Positions 51,682 through 62,833 of a stretch of DNA of 64,000 nt are shown piece by piece. Source of the DNA: Waterburya sp. (GTDB lineage Bacteria; Cyanobacteriota; Cyanobacteriia; Cyanobacteriales; Xenococcaceae); the NCBI GenBank assembly GCA_965217895.1, contig CBDCJV010000002.1:128001-192000 (forward strand). The letters are read 5' to 3'. The stretch's first letter is position 1, and each line of letters begins with the position of its first letter. A program made the translations under genes and the position numbers. The notes under the pieces are model-generated. The model was not told where the DNA came from and did no database searches. It saw only the letters and a program-made list of their open reading frames with translations.

Positions 51682-51995
51682 GTCGAGGAGAAATCTATTT
51701 AGTAAATTTAGATCCCACAGTTGGTTCAGAAGTACAAAAAACTCGTCCTTGTCTAATAGTTTCTCCCGATGAGATGAATCAATATATCCGCACAGTAGTT
51801 ATTGCACCAATGACTACCAGACAAAGAAATTACAAAAGTCGTGTAGCAATTAAGTTTGATGGTAAACAGGGAGAAGTAATGCTCGACCAAATTAGAACTA
51901 TTGATAAAACACGTTTAATCAAAAAATCAGGAATCTTATCAGTTAAAAAACTAAAAGCAGTATTATCAGTTTTACAAGAGATGTTTGCTTATTAG
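51669..51995 (+). CDS. mazF: MazF/PemK family toxin
   Basis: RGEIYLVNLDPTVGSEVQKTRPCLIVS and DQIRTIDK.RL motifs. Confidence 0.93.
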   Translation: MGMVSRGEIYLVNLDPTVGSEVQKTRPCLIVSPDEMNQYIRTVVIAPMTTRQRNYKSRVAIKFDGKQGEVMLDQIRTIDKTRLIKKSGILSVKKLKAVLSVLQEMFAY

Positions 51996-52017
51996 TTTGG
52001 CTACACAATTTGGCAAT

Positions 52018-53034
52018 TTAGCGATCGCGTTCGAGTCTTTCTAAATCTAATTTGACTGGATTGTATGGTTGTTGAATCGCTTTGCCGTTAGTATTTTGAG
52101 CAATCACCGACTGTACTCCTTCGATAGTAGAAATCATGCTGCGAGGATCCATAAACATTACTTTGCTGCTTTCGCTACTGCCAATTTCTTTACCCATTTC
52201 TAAATAGTTTTGCGCCAGAAGAAACTGTAAAGCTTCATGAGCATTGGGATCGGACTTCAGTTTTTCCATGACAATTTTCATGGCTTCGGCTGTGGCTTGA
52301 GCTTTAAGAATTTGCTCTTGGCGTTCGGCTTCGGCTTTCAAGACGATTGACTGTTGTTCTGCCTCTGCATTTAAAATGGCTGCTTTTTTAGCTGATTCTG
52401 CCTCTAGTAATCTTGCCTGAGCATTTCCTTGAGCCGAGTTAATAGCAGAATCTCGATGTCCTTCTGAAGTTAAAATATTAGCTCGTTTTTGTCTCTCCGC
52501 TGCCATCTGCAATTCCATCGAATCTTGGACAGCTTTTGAAGGCATAATGTCTCGCAATTCTACCCTGGTTACTTTTACTCCCCAAGGATCGGTAGCAATA
52601 TCTAGCTCTCTTAAGAGAATCTCGTTGATTTCAGTACGAGCCGTAAAGGTTTGATCTAGCTCCAATTGACCCATTTCTGAGCGAATTTGCGTTAAAACCA
52701 TGTTTACCATGGCATCTCGTAGATTTTCTACTTTATAAAAAGCCTTGTACATATCCATGATGCGCCAGTAAACTACTGCATCGACAGTGATGCTCACATT
52801 GTCGCGGGTAATACAAGATTGTGGAGGTATATCTAAAACTTTTTCTTTAATGGTGTCGTGGTAGACAACTTTATCAATAAAAGGAGTAACAAAATTTAAG
52901 CCTGGTTCAAGCTTTTTTTTATAGTTACCTAAGCTTTCAACTAGATATTCCTCTTTCTCTTTAACAATTTTGACCGATCCTGCTAGGGTAGTTGAACCTA
53001 ACAACAATAAAGCTAAAGTTAAAAACTGTCCCAT
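52018..53034 (-). CDS. SPFH/stomatin-like protein
   Basis: [22 protein letters not shown] and QMAAER motifs. Confidence 0.92.
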   Translation of the reverse strand: MGQFLTLALLLLGSTTLAGSVKIVKEKEEYLVESLGNYKKKLEPGLNFVTPFIDKVVYHDTIKEKVLDIPPQSCITRDNVSITVDAVVYWRIMDMYKAFYKVENLRDAMVNMVLTQIRSEMGQLELDQTFTARTEINEILLRELDIATDPWGVKVTRVELRDIMPSKAVQDSMELQMAAERQKRANILTSEGHRDSAINSAQGNAQARLLEAESAKKAAILNAEAEQQSIVLKAEAERQEQILKAQATAEAMKIVMEKLKSDPNAHEALQFLLAQNYLEMGKEIGSSESSKVMFMDPRSMISTIEGVQSVIAQNTNGKAIQQPYNPVKLDLERLERDR

Positions 53035-53118
53035 AATAAACTCCTATTAAAATATTTAATAATTGCCTTATTTATAACTCTTCTCTCAAAAAACAAACTT
53101 GTGCGAGCGATCTAACAC

Positions 53119-53559
53119 TTAACCATGATCCAGCATCCTCGATGGTAAGACAATTAAAGTATTGCCTTGTTTGCGAACTACGTGAACAGGTTCGTTAGGG
53201 GCAATATCTCTAGTCTCATCAGCACATTTTGCTCGCCAAGAATTTCCTTCATACAAAACTCTGCCTATAGACCCTGCGGGAATACCGCTAATTGCAGTAG
53301 CCTCTAAATCATCTCCTGTAATTGATATTCTGCGCTTAGGTGTGAATAAACGACGCGAAAAGATAGTTAAGACAGTGGAAAAGATTAACCACAAGCCTGT
53401 TAGTAAAGTATACTGTGGCAAAAATAGAGATGCGATCGCTACTAGAAAAGCAGCAATACCCATCATTAAGCTTACAAAAGCAGTAGGAAAAAGGAACTCC
53501 ATTAAACAGAGTATCGCCCCCGCAACTATCCAAAAAAGAGTAGGATCAACCATAAGCAA
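53119..53559 (-). CDS. NfeD family protein
   Basis: TM N-terminus plus GRV.YEG.SW.A; paired with the SPFH gene. Confidence 0.88.
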   Translation of the reverse strand: MLMVDPTLFWIVAGAILCLMEFLFPTAFVSLMMGIAAFLVAIASLFLPQYTLLTGLWLIFSTVLTIFSRRLFTPKRRISITGDDLEATAISGIPAGSIGRVLYEGNSWRAKCADETRDIAPNEPVHVVRKQGNTLIVLPSRMLDHG

Positions 53560-53738
53560 TAGTTTTTACTATTAAAAAACCTGAAATTTTAGATTGATGT
53601 TAAATATTTAGCAATTTCCTTTAATTCTAACCACAGCCAAGCTTAAGATGCTCGTAAGTTATATATAAGTAATAAATAGACCAACACCATAACGTTTGCA
53701 TATTAAAATTTAATAGTTGTCTACAATATATTGATAAA

Positions 53739-54023
53739 ATGCCTAAAGCAATTTGGAATGGTCAAGTCTTAGCCGAAAGCGATCGCACTGAAGTAGTCGA
53801 AAACAATCAATATTTTCCGCCTGATTCTATTAATCAAGAATATTTTCGCGCCAGTTCTACCCACACTTCATGTCCCTGGAAAGGACAGGCTAGCTACTAC
53901 AACATCGTTGTTGACGACCAAGAAAACAAGGACGCTGCTTGGTATTACCCAGAAACTAAAGAAAAGGCAAACAATATCAAAGGTTACGTTGCTTTTTGGA
54001 AAGGTGTAAAAGTAGAAGTATAA
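53739..54023 (+). CDS. DUF427 protein
   Basis: A.WNG.VLAES, YFPP, CPWKG.ASYY and AAWYY motifs. Confidence 0.9.
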   Translation: MPKAIWNGQVLAESDRTEVVENNQYFPPDSINQEYFRASSTHTSCPWKGQASYYNIVVDDQENKDAAWYYPETKEKANNIKGYVAFWKGVKVEV

Positions 54024-54118
54024 ATTAAGACCTCTTGCACGAATCATAAATCTTGGTTAGGTCAGAGGTCAGAAGTCAGCAGGAATTTACTGTAATTATT
54101 TATATCTATGTACTTAAC

Positions 54119-55516
54119 CTACTTGGAACTCAAAACCAGCTTGACTTTTGTATCGTCTGATATGGGCGAAATTTCTTGATAAGTCAAATTAAGAAACAAA
54201 TTAGGCTTAAGAGCAATAGAACTACTGGCGATTATACCTTTACCATGAGAACCTTGACCATAGCCAAGCTCAAACGTCCATAGACGCTTATTTTGGCTAA
54301 CTATTTTGCCCGAGTGTAGACTACCTCCCAAAATAGTAAACTGTTCCTGATTTTGGTTGACTAAGTGAGCCTCGTATTTAAAAAATGTAGAACATTGAAA
54401 ACCATAGACATCAGAGTCAAGTAGCCTGAGATTAAGTTCGGCTATACTTTTTTGTTGATTATTGCCATAGGCAATTTTTAAACGACCTATTTGCGAACTT
54501 AAATTCCAATGCAAGTTGTTTTTATTATCTACCACTGCATTAGCAGAAAGAGAAAGAAAATCATTATGTACTGCTACTTTAAGACCTGTGCTAAAGGATC
54601 TATCTTTACTGTTGCTTTTCGCCATCAAAGTTAAACCAGGAACAACACCCCAGTTTGCATCAAACCTATGCTTTTTCTCGTCGCTATAGTAGTTTAAGAC
54701 TAAATTTTTACCAGGCTGTAGACGAACATGGGAATGTAAATCGATACCAGATTCTTTTGCCAATAATGAAACGGTGGTTTTTACAGGCAAAAGATTGCTT
54801 TCGTAGGTTAGCTGAGTAAAACCGACTAACAAATCTTCGTAAACAAATCCTACTCCCACAGTTACCTGATCTGCTATGCCGTGGTGATAGGTTACTCCTC
54901 CCCGAAATTTGCCAAATTCGCGGGAAATATCGGCTTTTTTGGCAAAATTTTGATTTCCGCCTCCAGATACTGTTAAAGCTGAACTCCCTGAAGGCAATTT
55001 TGGTGCAGCATCTAAATAATTGAGTTTAGCAATGTTTAATTTTTGGTTTGGATTTCCCCCCCATTGTTCAATTGTAGTCAAACCCCAATATTTATGATTA
55101 TTACCACCAGACCAAAAAGTATTCTGAAAACCTAAAGCTAGATTAGCCTGGTCTTCTTTATAGGTATAAGAAAGCTTGTCTAAGGATATGTCTTGATTAT
55201 TTTGCAGATCGATCTTAGAACTGAAGTTAGAGATGATCTTTGAGCGTTGGTCATCAGACAAACTGATTTTTAGATTTTGATCGACAGCAAAACCAATATT
55301 ATCCCCTTTATTAACGGTTAAAATACGATCAACAAAGTTAATAAGCCGAGGTACAACAGGCAATTGATCGTATGATAAAAGTTTTGCTGAGATAATTGCA
55401 GGTGTCGGTTTTTGAGGTCGGTTCTCAGCAGCTTTTGGGTTGGCAAGGACTATACTAGGACAACCAAGGCAACCGAAAATGCTACCAAAAAGTAGGTTTG
55501 CTACAATGGCTTTCAT
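54119..55516 (-). CDS. Hypothetical secreted or outer-membrane beta-rich protein
   Basis: Signal peptide and alternating beta-strand composition. Confidence 0.6.
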   Translation of the reverse strand: MKAIVANLLFGSIFGCLGCPSIVLANPKAAENRPQKPTPAIISAKLLSYDQLPVVPRLINFVDRILTVNKGDNIGFAVDQNLKISLSDDQRSKIISNFSSKIDLQNNQDISLDKLSYTYKEDQANLALGFQNTFWSGGNNHKYWGLTTIEQWGGNPNQKLNIAKLNYLDAAPKLPSGSSALTVSGGGNQNFAKKADISREFGKFRGGVTYHHGIADQVTVGVGFVYEDLLVGFTQLTYESNLLPVKTTVSLLAKESGIDLHSHVRLQPGKNLVLNYYSDEKKHRFDANWGVVPGLTLMAKSNSKDRSFSTGLKVAVHNDFLSLSANAVVDNKNNLHWNLSSQIGRLKIAYGNNQQKSIAELNLRLLDSDVYGFQCSTFFKYEAHLVNQNQEQFTILGGSLHSGKIVSQNKRLWTFELGYGQGSHGKGIIASSSIALKPNLFLNLTYQEISPISDDTKVKLVLSSK

Positions 55517-55881
55517 TCATCTATAGGGGGTAAAGGAAAAAAGCTGCTTGGCTAAAAAAACTAGTATTTAAACTAAGAATGTTGATAATACGTATTACTC
55601 GATCGGCGTAAATACTGAAATCAAATATTCGAGTTTTAAGATTGGCTTTTAGCTGGTTAACTATTAAGAAACATTAAAGTTATTAATGTCTTATCGAGTT
55701 TTTTACTTTCTTCACCATTCTATTGTGAGTCTTTTGCTATTGCCAATGGTGAAGATCACGTAAAGATTGCTGGTAAATATGATAAAGATAAGATGAACTA
55801 TAGATTGAGCCATTTAATCTAACCAGAAACGCCAGCAAAGTTTATCTGGGTATGTAAATTAACCTTAATTAAATTAAATAA

Positions 55882-56667
55882 ATGAAAAGATTTGCGATTG
55901 TTTTGTTATTAAGCGCAGGAATTATTAGTAGTGTTGCCAATGTAGCCCAAGCTGAAAGCGCAGCTAGCGCACCAGAAGAATTGACTAAGGCGATCGCTGA
56001 AATTGAGAAGGCTGCCAACGACCAAGATCTTGATGGCGTAATGGAGTATTACAGTAATAATTTTACTAATACAGATGGTTTAACTACGGATTCTTTAGCC
56101 AAAGGTCTAAAGCAGATGTGGCAAAGTTATCCTCAACTAGAATACACAACTAAGATTGATTCCTGGTCAAAACAAGGCAATCAATTAGTAGCAGAAACTA
56201 CCACTACTATTGCGGGAATGCAGGAAACTCAGAGCAGAGCAATGCGTTTGAACTCCACAATTAAATCTCGTCAGTATTTTCAAAACCAAAAATTAGTTCG
56301 GCAAGAAATTTTAGCAGAACAGTCTCGACTAACCTCTGGAAGCAACCCTCCTCAAGTTCAAGTTTCCGCTCCTGAAAATGTTATGACTGGCGAAAAATAT
56401 AACTTCGATCTGATTGTCAATCAACCTTTAAATGAGACGGTGTTGTTAGGAGCAGTTCAAGAAGAGAAAACCGCCAGTAATCTATATTTTAACCCCACGG
56501 CTTTAGAATTAGAACCATTACCAGCGGGAGGAATATATAAAACTGCCACTGCACCTTTGCTACCAGAAAGTGACTGGCTTTCAGCTATTCTAGTTCGTGG
56601 CGATGGAATTACAATGCTAACTCACCGAGTTAATGTTTTAGAAAAGCAAGCTAACCAAAAAAAATAA
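55882..56667 (+). CDS. Secreted NTF2-like domain protein
   Basis: Signal peptide; AAN..D...VM.YYS.NF...DG motif. Confidence 0.65.
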   Translation: MKRFAIVLLLSAGIISSVANVAQAESAASAPEELTKAIAEIEKAANDQDLDGVMEYYSNNFTNTDGLTTDSLAKGLKQMWQSYPQLEYTTKIDSWSKQGNQLVAETTTTIAGMQETQSRAMRLNSTIKSRQYFQNQKLVRQEILAEQSRLTSGSNPPQVQVSAPENVMTGEKYNFDLIVNQPLNETVLLGAVQEEKTASNLYFNPTALELEPLPAGGIYKTATAPLLPESDWLSAILVRGDGITMLTHRVNVLEKQANQKK

Positions 56668-56694
56668 AGCTTATTTTGCCAAACTTTTAAAAGG

Positions 56695-56881
56695 CTGTTT
56701 GTAAAAAGAAAATTAAATTCTCCTGCTGTCGGGTAGGGTCGTATTTGGAGTGATGAGAGTGATAGGAGTGATTGGGGTGTTTGAAGTAGTGAAGTTTCCA
56801 CTCTGTTTTCTCTAACTCCACTACTTCCCTACCTCTCCATCTTCAACACTTCTCCATCCTTAACATTTACTTTACAAACAG
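56695..56881. mobile_element. MITE-like element
   Basis: CTGTTTGTAAA ... TTTACAAACAG ends; interior has purine-rich then pyrimidine-rich ~9-mer tracts that are roughly complementary. Confidence 0.55.
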
Positions 56882-57039
56882 TTTCTTACTTCAGTGACAA
56901 TGTATTTAACAAAAGAAAAACAAATTAGCAAGCTTACTCAAGATAGAAAACAAGTTTGGCACTGTCTACCTAGCCTCTTTCTGGGCTTTGATTTAAATTA
57001 AAAAAAGGTGCAATTATCAGGAAAAACAATTTAATTATC

Positions 57040-57478
57040 GGCGTTGCTGAACGTGTAATGCTAAAACAAAATTTTACTTATCTATTCATCAACATGGCGA
57101 TTAGAGATGCTCTCTGACCGAGAGCCTCTCTCGCCATCAAGACAGATTGCTCAAAAGCTAATAGTAAGGGCGACCCCCGCGCATGGTTCAACAGTTTGAC
57201 GGGCGGCGGTATAAACGTCGCAGCAAAGCTACGACGACACGCCCTCCTTATGCCAGGAAACCCTTTCGACACTTTGCTCAACGGAGGATACCTCCGCAAC
57301 GCAAGTGTCTCACCACCGCAACTGCTTCACCGCAACGCAACTGTCTCACCGCGTCGTCCGAAGGCGCAAACAAAGGCTTTAGCCGCATGTACGCGCCCGC
57401 ACCCGAAGGGCTAACGGCTAAGAGCTAAGAGCTACGAACAAAATTATTATGTATGTCATTACTTAAATCAGCAACGCC
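57040..57478. mobile_element. MITE with 11-bp TIRs and an 8-bp TSD, carrying nested small repeats
   Basis: GGCGTTGCTGA ... TCAGCAACGCC, flanked by TAATTATC at 57032-57039 and 57479-57486. Confidence 0.85.
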
Positions 57479-57549
57479 TAATTATCTAGTAATATATTTA
57501 AGTATGCATTAATATCCCTGGTGTTGTTCTGAAGAGTAAAACCTATGAC

Positions 57550-58125
57550 ATGAATCAGAAGCATCACCTCCATAATTCGCGAGCGTCCCGTGTTTTGACT
57601 CCGCCAGAATATCCACCCAAATACATTAAGTCCCGTAGATCTAGAAAATTTTTGTGGCTAAGAAAGCCCCTGCGTTTTACCTACCTTAAACTATGGAGAT
57701 TGCGCGGTAGACCTAAGTTTGTTGCTAAGGGATTAGCAGTAGGAGTCTTCGCTGGCTGTTTTCCTTTTTTGGGAATGCAGAGTTTGATTGGCATTTTTTT
57801 GGCTACTATTTTTAAAGGCAGCAAAGTCGCAGCCGTCGCAGCAACTTGGATTAGCAATCCTCTAACTTACGTACCAATTTTTGTTTTTAACTATAAAATT
57901 GGCAAGCTGTTATTAAGAACCGAAGATACTGTCTCTTTACCGTTAGATATTAAATCTTTTACTGCTTTTAAAGAACAAGGTGCAACTTTTGCCATTACAT
58001 TGCTGACGGGAAGTTTTGTAGTGGGTATGATTTTGGCGGTTATCACTTATTTTTATGGTTTGGCTATTTTAGAGCGATGGCAAAATAATCGTCGCTTAAA
58101 TAAAAAAAAATCGAGAAGACTCTAA
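57550..58125 (+). CDS. DUF2062 membrane protein
   Basis: A.GLAVGVFAG.FP..G.Q and TWISNPLTY.PI motifs. Confidence 0.85.
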   Translation: MNQKHHLHNSRASRVLTPPEYPPKYIKSRRSRKFLWLRKPLRFTYLKLWRLRGRPKFVAKGLAVGVFAGCFPFLGMQSLIGIFLATIFKGSKVAAVAATWISNPLTYVPIFVFNYKIGKLLLRTEDTVSLPLDIKSFTAFKEQGATFAITLLTGSFVVGMILAVITYFYGLAILERWQNNRRLNKKKSRRL

Positions 58126-59753
58126 TTTGATGATGACCTACTCCATTTTTGTCCTTGAATAACTGTATGTCCTGACCATTCTGGCAGGGTATGAGGATAA
58201 TCGAGACGATAGTGTCCCCCTCTACTTTCAGTCCGAAAAGCAGCACTTTTGAGGATTAGATAGCCAGTATCAACTAGATTTAGCGTCTCGGCATATAATT
58301 TTAGCTGTGACTCGGCTGTACTGGAGTTTAGCTCGATTTGTTGTTGAGGAGATAAATTAAGAATATACTTATTTAAAGAAAGATTGGCTAACTGCGATCG
58401 CCAGTCTGTCACAGTGGCGATCGCTGTCTCCATGGTTTTCTCTGTACGGCAGATTCCCGCACTCTGCCAAACTAGATCTGGTAATTGATTTCTAATTAAG
58501 TTGACTAGCTCCATTTCTGTATCCCAGCTAAGGTCAATTTCTAGAGTTTGCGGGGGCTTAACTTGAGGCAAACTATTGGGCTGTAGCTGGGCAAGTTGAG
58601 AAGCATAAACAACACATTCTAGTAAAGAATTACTGGCTAAACGATTTGCACCATGAACTCCCGTACTTGCTGTTTCCCCTACAGCATATAAACCAGAGAT
58701 TGAAGTCTGATTCATCGTGTCTACCGCAATTCCCCCCATCCAATAGTGTGCTGCGGGAGTAACAGGAATAGGCTTAGTAAATAAATCTACGTCCCAATGT
58801 TGACATACACGAATAATATTGGGGAATCGATAGCGAATGCGATCTTCGGGTATAGGTCGAAGATCGAGATAAACATTGCTGGCTGACGTTGTTTGGAGAT
58901 GGGTAAAAATGGCTCGGCTGACTACATCTCTGGGGGCTAATTCTCCGTCTGGATGATAGTCAAAGGCAAAACGTCGTCCGTCTTCGTCTACTAAATGCGC
59001 TCCTTCGCCTCTTACAGCTTCACTGATTAGAAAGCGTGGTGCGCCAGGTACAGTTAAGGCTGTGGGGTGAAACTGCACAAATTCTGTGTCTCTAATGACT
59101 GCACCACTACGCCAAGCGAGCGCCACACCGTCTCCAGTACTAACTTCGGGGTTGGTAGTCTGAGAAAATACTTGACCTCCTCCTCCTGTTGCTAGAATCA
59201 CCGCAGGGGAATGAATCCAGGTTATTTTGTTTTCTTTTAAGACGCTAATGCCCTGACAGGTATCCGTTTGTGGATTTAACCATAATTGCAGGGCAAAAGC
59301 TTGAGACATTACCTCAATATTGCCTCGCTGTAATACTTGTTGGGCAAGAGTAGCTACAATGGCTCTGCCTGTAGTGTCGGCGGCATGAAGTACGCGGGGG
59401 CGAGAATGGGCAGCTTCTAAAGTCATGGCAAGCTGACTTTGATGACGATCAAACGCCACCCCCATTTCTACTAAAGATGCAATTGCCTCTGCTGCATTCT
59501 CAACCAAAAATTGAACGGAGTTGCGATCGCATAATCCTGCTCCCGCTTTTAAAGTATCCTCTAGATGCAGCACAGGAGAATCATTTTGGCTGATGGCTGC
59601 GGCAATTCCTCCTTGCGCCCAGTCGCTTGCCCCCGTATTTAGCTGATCTTTGGTAACTAGAGCAACTTTTAAGCTCTGGGGTAAACATAAAGCCCCGTAT
59701 AGCCCAGCAGCCCCCGAACCCACCACTACTACATCGAACTTAGAATAATTCAA
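58122..59753 (-). CDS. nadB: L-aspartate oxidase
   Basis: GSGAAGL, AQGGIAA, QFHPT, SEAVRGEG, HY.MGG, HGANRLASNSLLE and ESRGGHYR motifs. Confidence 0.95.
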   Translation of the reverse strand: MNYSKFDVVVVGSGAAGLYGALCLPQSLKVALVTKDQLNTGASDWAQGGIAAAISQNDSPVLHLEDTLKAGAGLCDRNSVQFLVENAAEAIASLVEMGVAFDRHQSQLAMTLEAAHSRPRVLHAADTTGRAIVATLAQQVLQRGNIEVMSQAFALQLWLNPQTDTCQGISVLKENKITWIHSPAVILATGGGGQVFSQTTNPEVSTGDGVALAWRSGAVIRDTEFVQFHPTALTVPGAPRFLISEAVRGEGAHLVDEDGRRFAFDYHPDGELAPRDVVSRAIFTHLQTTSASNVYLDLRPIPEDRIRYRFPNIIRVCQHWDVDLFTKPIPVTPAAHYWMGGIAVDTMNQTSISGLYAVGETASTGVHGANRLASNSLLECVVYASQLAQLQPNSLPQVKPPQTLEIDLSWDTEMELVNLIRNQLPDLVWQSAGICRTEKTMETAIATVTDWRSQLANLSLNKYILNLSPQQQIELNSSTAESQLKLYAETLNLVDTGYLILKSAAFRTESRGGHYRLDYPHTLPEWSGHTVIQGQKWSRSSSN

Positions 59754-59914
59754 TTTTAATTATTTAGACACGTCTTAATTGGGATTTATGATGACATATA
59801 GTGATAAAAAAACCACGTTTTTAGATTGAACGTGGTTAAAAAGTAACAGATTGCCCGATCTTTTCTGATTAGAAAAAATCTGCAACCGTTGATAGGTATG
59901 GTAATTATCGTTGT

Positions 59915-60328
59915 TTAATATAGACCAGGATTAATGCGATCGCCTCCTGCATTCATAGAAGCTTCTACGTCTGTAACAAAAAACTCGTCTATGTTTGCCT
60001 GTAAACGTTCAATTTGACTATCGCTTAAGCCAGGTATATCTAGCACGTCGTCAACTTTTTCGTAGGGTGCATTTTGAATTATTTTGCTGGCAAGATTAGG
60101 ATAAAATCCGCGTAATTTACGGAATTCTCTAACATCACTATTATTTAAATCAAGTTTTCCTCTAATTAACTCTTGGCGTTTGGCATCAGATGTATTGACG
60201 CGAGCTAATAGATTAGAGGAATGTACCGTAAATACTCCCATATCGCTTGCCTGCGCCACACCTGCAAAGCCCCACGAACCTACAATTAATAACAAGGCAG
60301 CCATAATGCCGATCAATCTCTTCATCAA
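59915..60328 (-). CDS. psbU: Photosystem II extrinsic protein PsbU
   Basis: KLDLNNSDVR.F, GFYPNLA.KI..NAPY and DRINPGLY motifs. Confidence 0.95.
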   Translation of the reverse strand: MMKRLIGIMAALLLIVGSWGFAGVAQASDMGVFTVHSSNLLARVNTSDAKRQELIRGKLDLNNSDVREFRKLRGFYPNLASKIIQNAPYEKVDDVLDIPGLSDSQIERLQANIDEFFVTDVEASMNAGGDRINPGLY

Positions 60329-60715
60329 TTTTAATTCCTCCTAATTTAAAGATGTTTTATTTACAGAAGAAGATAAGTTGCTTTTCTATAAATATTAATT
60401 TTTGTTTTCTATTTCTTCTCTAGTAAGGTTCTTATGCTTGTTGGCAAATTGAACTTTTAACAGATGGTATTGATATATATCATAATTCTTTCACTACATT
60501 TTTCAAATACTAAGTTTCATTTAAAGCTGTTCCCCTCGACAAAATGGGTCGATCATAGACATAATTAAACAGTTTGTCTGTTTGGTTTATTTAATTGAAT
60601 TTCTATTGTCTCTAGTTTTAGGTTGTGACCAGATCTTAATCATTATTGGTAAATTGATTGACAGTTACAACAAAACCCGATCGGCAGTATCACGGATACA
60701 TAATTTATAATTGTA

Positions 60716-61309
60716 ATGAGTAGCTATTATCGAAAGTCGGCAAGCAAAAAACCTATTTTGAAAGAATTTAAGATTTTAATCATTTCAGTCACTATATTTT
60801 GGGCGATTGAAATTCTTGATTTTTTTGTATTCAAAGGCAGTTTAGATAGTTATGGAATCCAGCCTCACAAAATCATTGGTTTACGAGGAATATTATTTGC
60901 TCCTTTTCTCCATGGAGGCTTTGGACATCTAATGGCTAATACTATCCCGTTTATTGTCTTGGGATGGTTAACTATGCTCCAAGAAATTAAAGATTTTTTT
61001 ATTGTTTCTTTTTTTAGTGCTTTGGTTGGCGGTATGGGTGTATGGGTATTTGGCGCACCTGGTTCAGTTCATATTGGTGCCAGCATTTTGATTTATGGAT
61101 ACCTGGGGTTTTTACTATTACGGGGTTACTTCCAGAGAAATTTTCCTTCTATCGCCCTTTCTATATTTGTCGCCGTAGCTTATGGTGGAATGATTTGGGG
61201 AGTATTTCCTGCTGATATGAGAGTTTCCTGGCAAGGGCATTTATTTGGCTTTATTGGCGGTGCGATCGCTGCCAAAATAATTGCTCAAGAAAAAAGATTT
61301 AATAAATAA
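60716..61309 (+). CDS. Rhomboid intramembrane serine protease
   Basis: H...HL..N, GAS and SWQGHLFG motifs. Confidence 0.9.
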   Translation: MSSYYRKSASKKPILKEFKILIISVTIFWAIEILDFFVFKGSLDSYGIQPHKIIGLRGILFAPFLHGGFGHLMANTIPFIVLGWLTMLQEIKDFFIVSFFSALVGGMGVWVFGAPGSVHIGASILIYGYLGFLLLRGYFQRNFPSIALSIFVAVAYGGMIWGVFPADMRVSWQGHLFGFIGGAIAAKIIAQEKRFNK

Positions 61310-61694
61310 TCTAAATGTTATTGTTCTTGACTTCAAATTTTAAGGTTGAATTTGGTATTGTCCAACTATTTATATGTACTTAAGATGTAGACGCAACAAA
61401 GATTTTATGAAGTTTGTTAGATTACAAAATGCTCATGAAATAATTGAATTGGTAGTGACAGACTAATCTCGTCATTATCATCAACTCGGTAATATAGTTG
61501 AAGAAGCACATCCTAATCAGATTGCTTCTTTTTCTTGTCTGATATTTAGATTGAGGCTTTGTTTGGCTATCTCTTCAGATAAATTAGTCTAAACTGGCGA
61601 TCGCTATATTTAAGAGAAACTGCCTATTCAGCCTCATGGCGATCGCTAATGAAGATAGTCTAAGCGATGAATATTACAGACTTCTTTTTCTTGC

Positions 61695-62000
61695 GCTTAC
61701 CAGCTCCTTCGGAGCTAAAGTAGCAAGTAACAGACGCGCTTCGCGTCTCGCCGTTCCTTTGGAACGTCGGCGAACTCCAGTTCGCGCAAGTAGCAATTAA
61801 GTAATAAGCTCCGAAGTTGGTATAAAGCCTCGCATCGCAGCGCATTTCCAAACGGCTTACAAAGCCGTGGGGTCGCTGCTCCTTTAAAGACGAAAAGAAA
61901 CAAATCACAACTCAATATTGGAATCCTTTTTCTGAAGAAAAAGGTAAAACTTGCTACTTGCTACTTGAGCGCAAAGCGCGATACTTGCTACTTGTGAATT
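61695..62000. mobile_element. MITE-like composite repeat, inverted homolog of 13175-13480
   Basis: Shared ends, TGCTACT heptamers and a 56-nt hairpin insert at 61732-61787. Confidence 0.7.
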
Positions 62001-62151
62001 TTTGTATTCTCGGTCACAACTAATTTTTATATTGTCATCTATCTTAAGATATAAATAAATAGGTATTTTCCAGTGTGCATACTAAAAAAATATATCTTAT
62101 AGTAGATTTAAAAATTTATTAGTTATATAAATACTTATTAGTTATCAAATT

Positions 62152-62433
62152 ATGGAAAAAAAGCTTAAGGAACTCATTGGTCAATCGGATATTTGGCTTT
62201 TTATTAAAAGTAGTAATGGCTGGGTCAAGAACGTAGAGATTCTCGATGTAGAATCAGATACATTATCTTTCCGATATCAGCACGAATCTTCGGCAGAGGT
62301 AAAAGTTTGGGAAAAAACAACTAGATTAGATAATATTTTAGAAATTGATATTCGTGTCACGGCTGTTCCCAGATGTGAGCTAAAACTAAACGATATGCGC
62401 CATAAACTTAGTCGGCTATTAGAACAAGAATAA
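62152..62433 (+). CDS. Small hypothetical protein
   Basis: 93-aa ORF with a beta-rich N-terminus and helical tail. Confidence 0.65.
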   Translation: MEKKLKELIGQSDIWLFIKSSNGWVKNVEILDVESDTLSFRYQHESSAEVKVWEKTTRLDNILEIDIRVTAVPRCELKLNDMRHKLSRLLEQE

Positions 62434-62513
62434 ATGCAGTTGTCATAACTCAAATTAAGAATGGTACGCGCATTGAATTCATGCTCTAAATATAAATGGT
62501 AGATATTTTATAC

Positions 62514-62645
62514 TATAGTCATTCCAATTAATTTCCTCATGATTGACTGGTTTTAAGTCAGAGGTCAGAGGTCAGAGGTCAGGAGAGTTTGAGACACTTA
62601 TCACAGTTTTCCTTTTTCGTATGGTTTCTATTTGAAATGACTATA
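62514..62645. mobile_element. MITE-like element with GTCAGAG heptamers
   Basis: TATAGTCATTCCAA ... TTGAAATGACTATA terminal inverted repeats. Confidence 0.65.
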
Positions 62646-62833
62646 AATGCCAGAGCTATTTCATTCTCGATGGTAATGTAATGATGCTAGTTTGAAATAT
62701 ACTTCTTAAGAAATAGAGATTGTCAATATTTGCTGACTACACTGACAAAAAATATATACTCAGCAAGAGGTTAAGAAGTCTCAGTTTTGCCAAGATGTTT
62801 AAGAAAACAAAAAACAAAGCTTTACAATAACTT

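Noticed and set aside
51061..52018. Gene-tail duplication around mazEF, as at the other two TA loci
   Set aside because: No duplicated 3' end of either flanking gene was found.
57170..57420. Possible CRISPR array or tRNA in the hairpin-rich repeats
   Set aside because: No regular repeat-spacer periodicity and no tRNA T-loop/D-loop consensus.
61400..61660. Possible degraded gene fragment after the rhomboid gene
   Set aside because: Short open stretches with no motif I could recognise.
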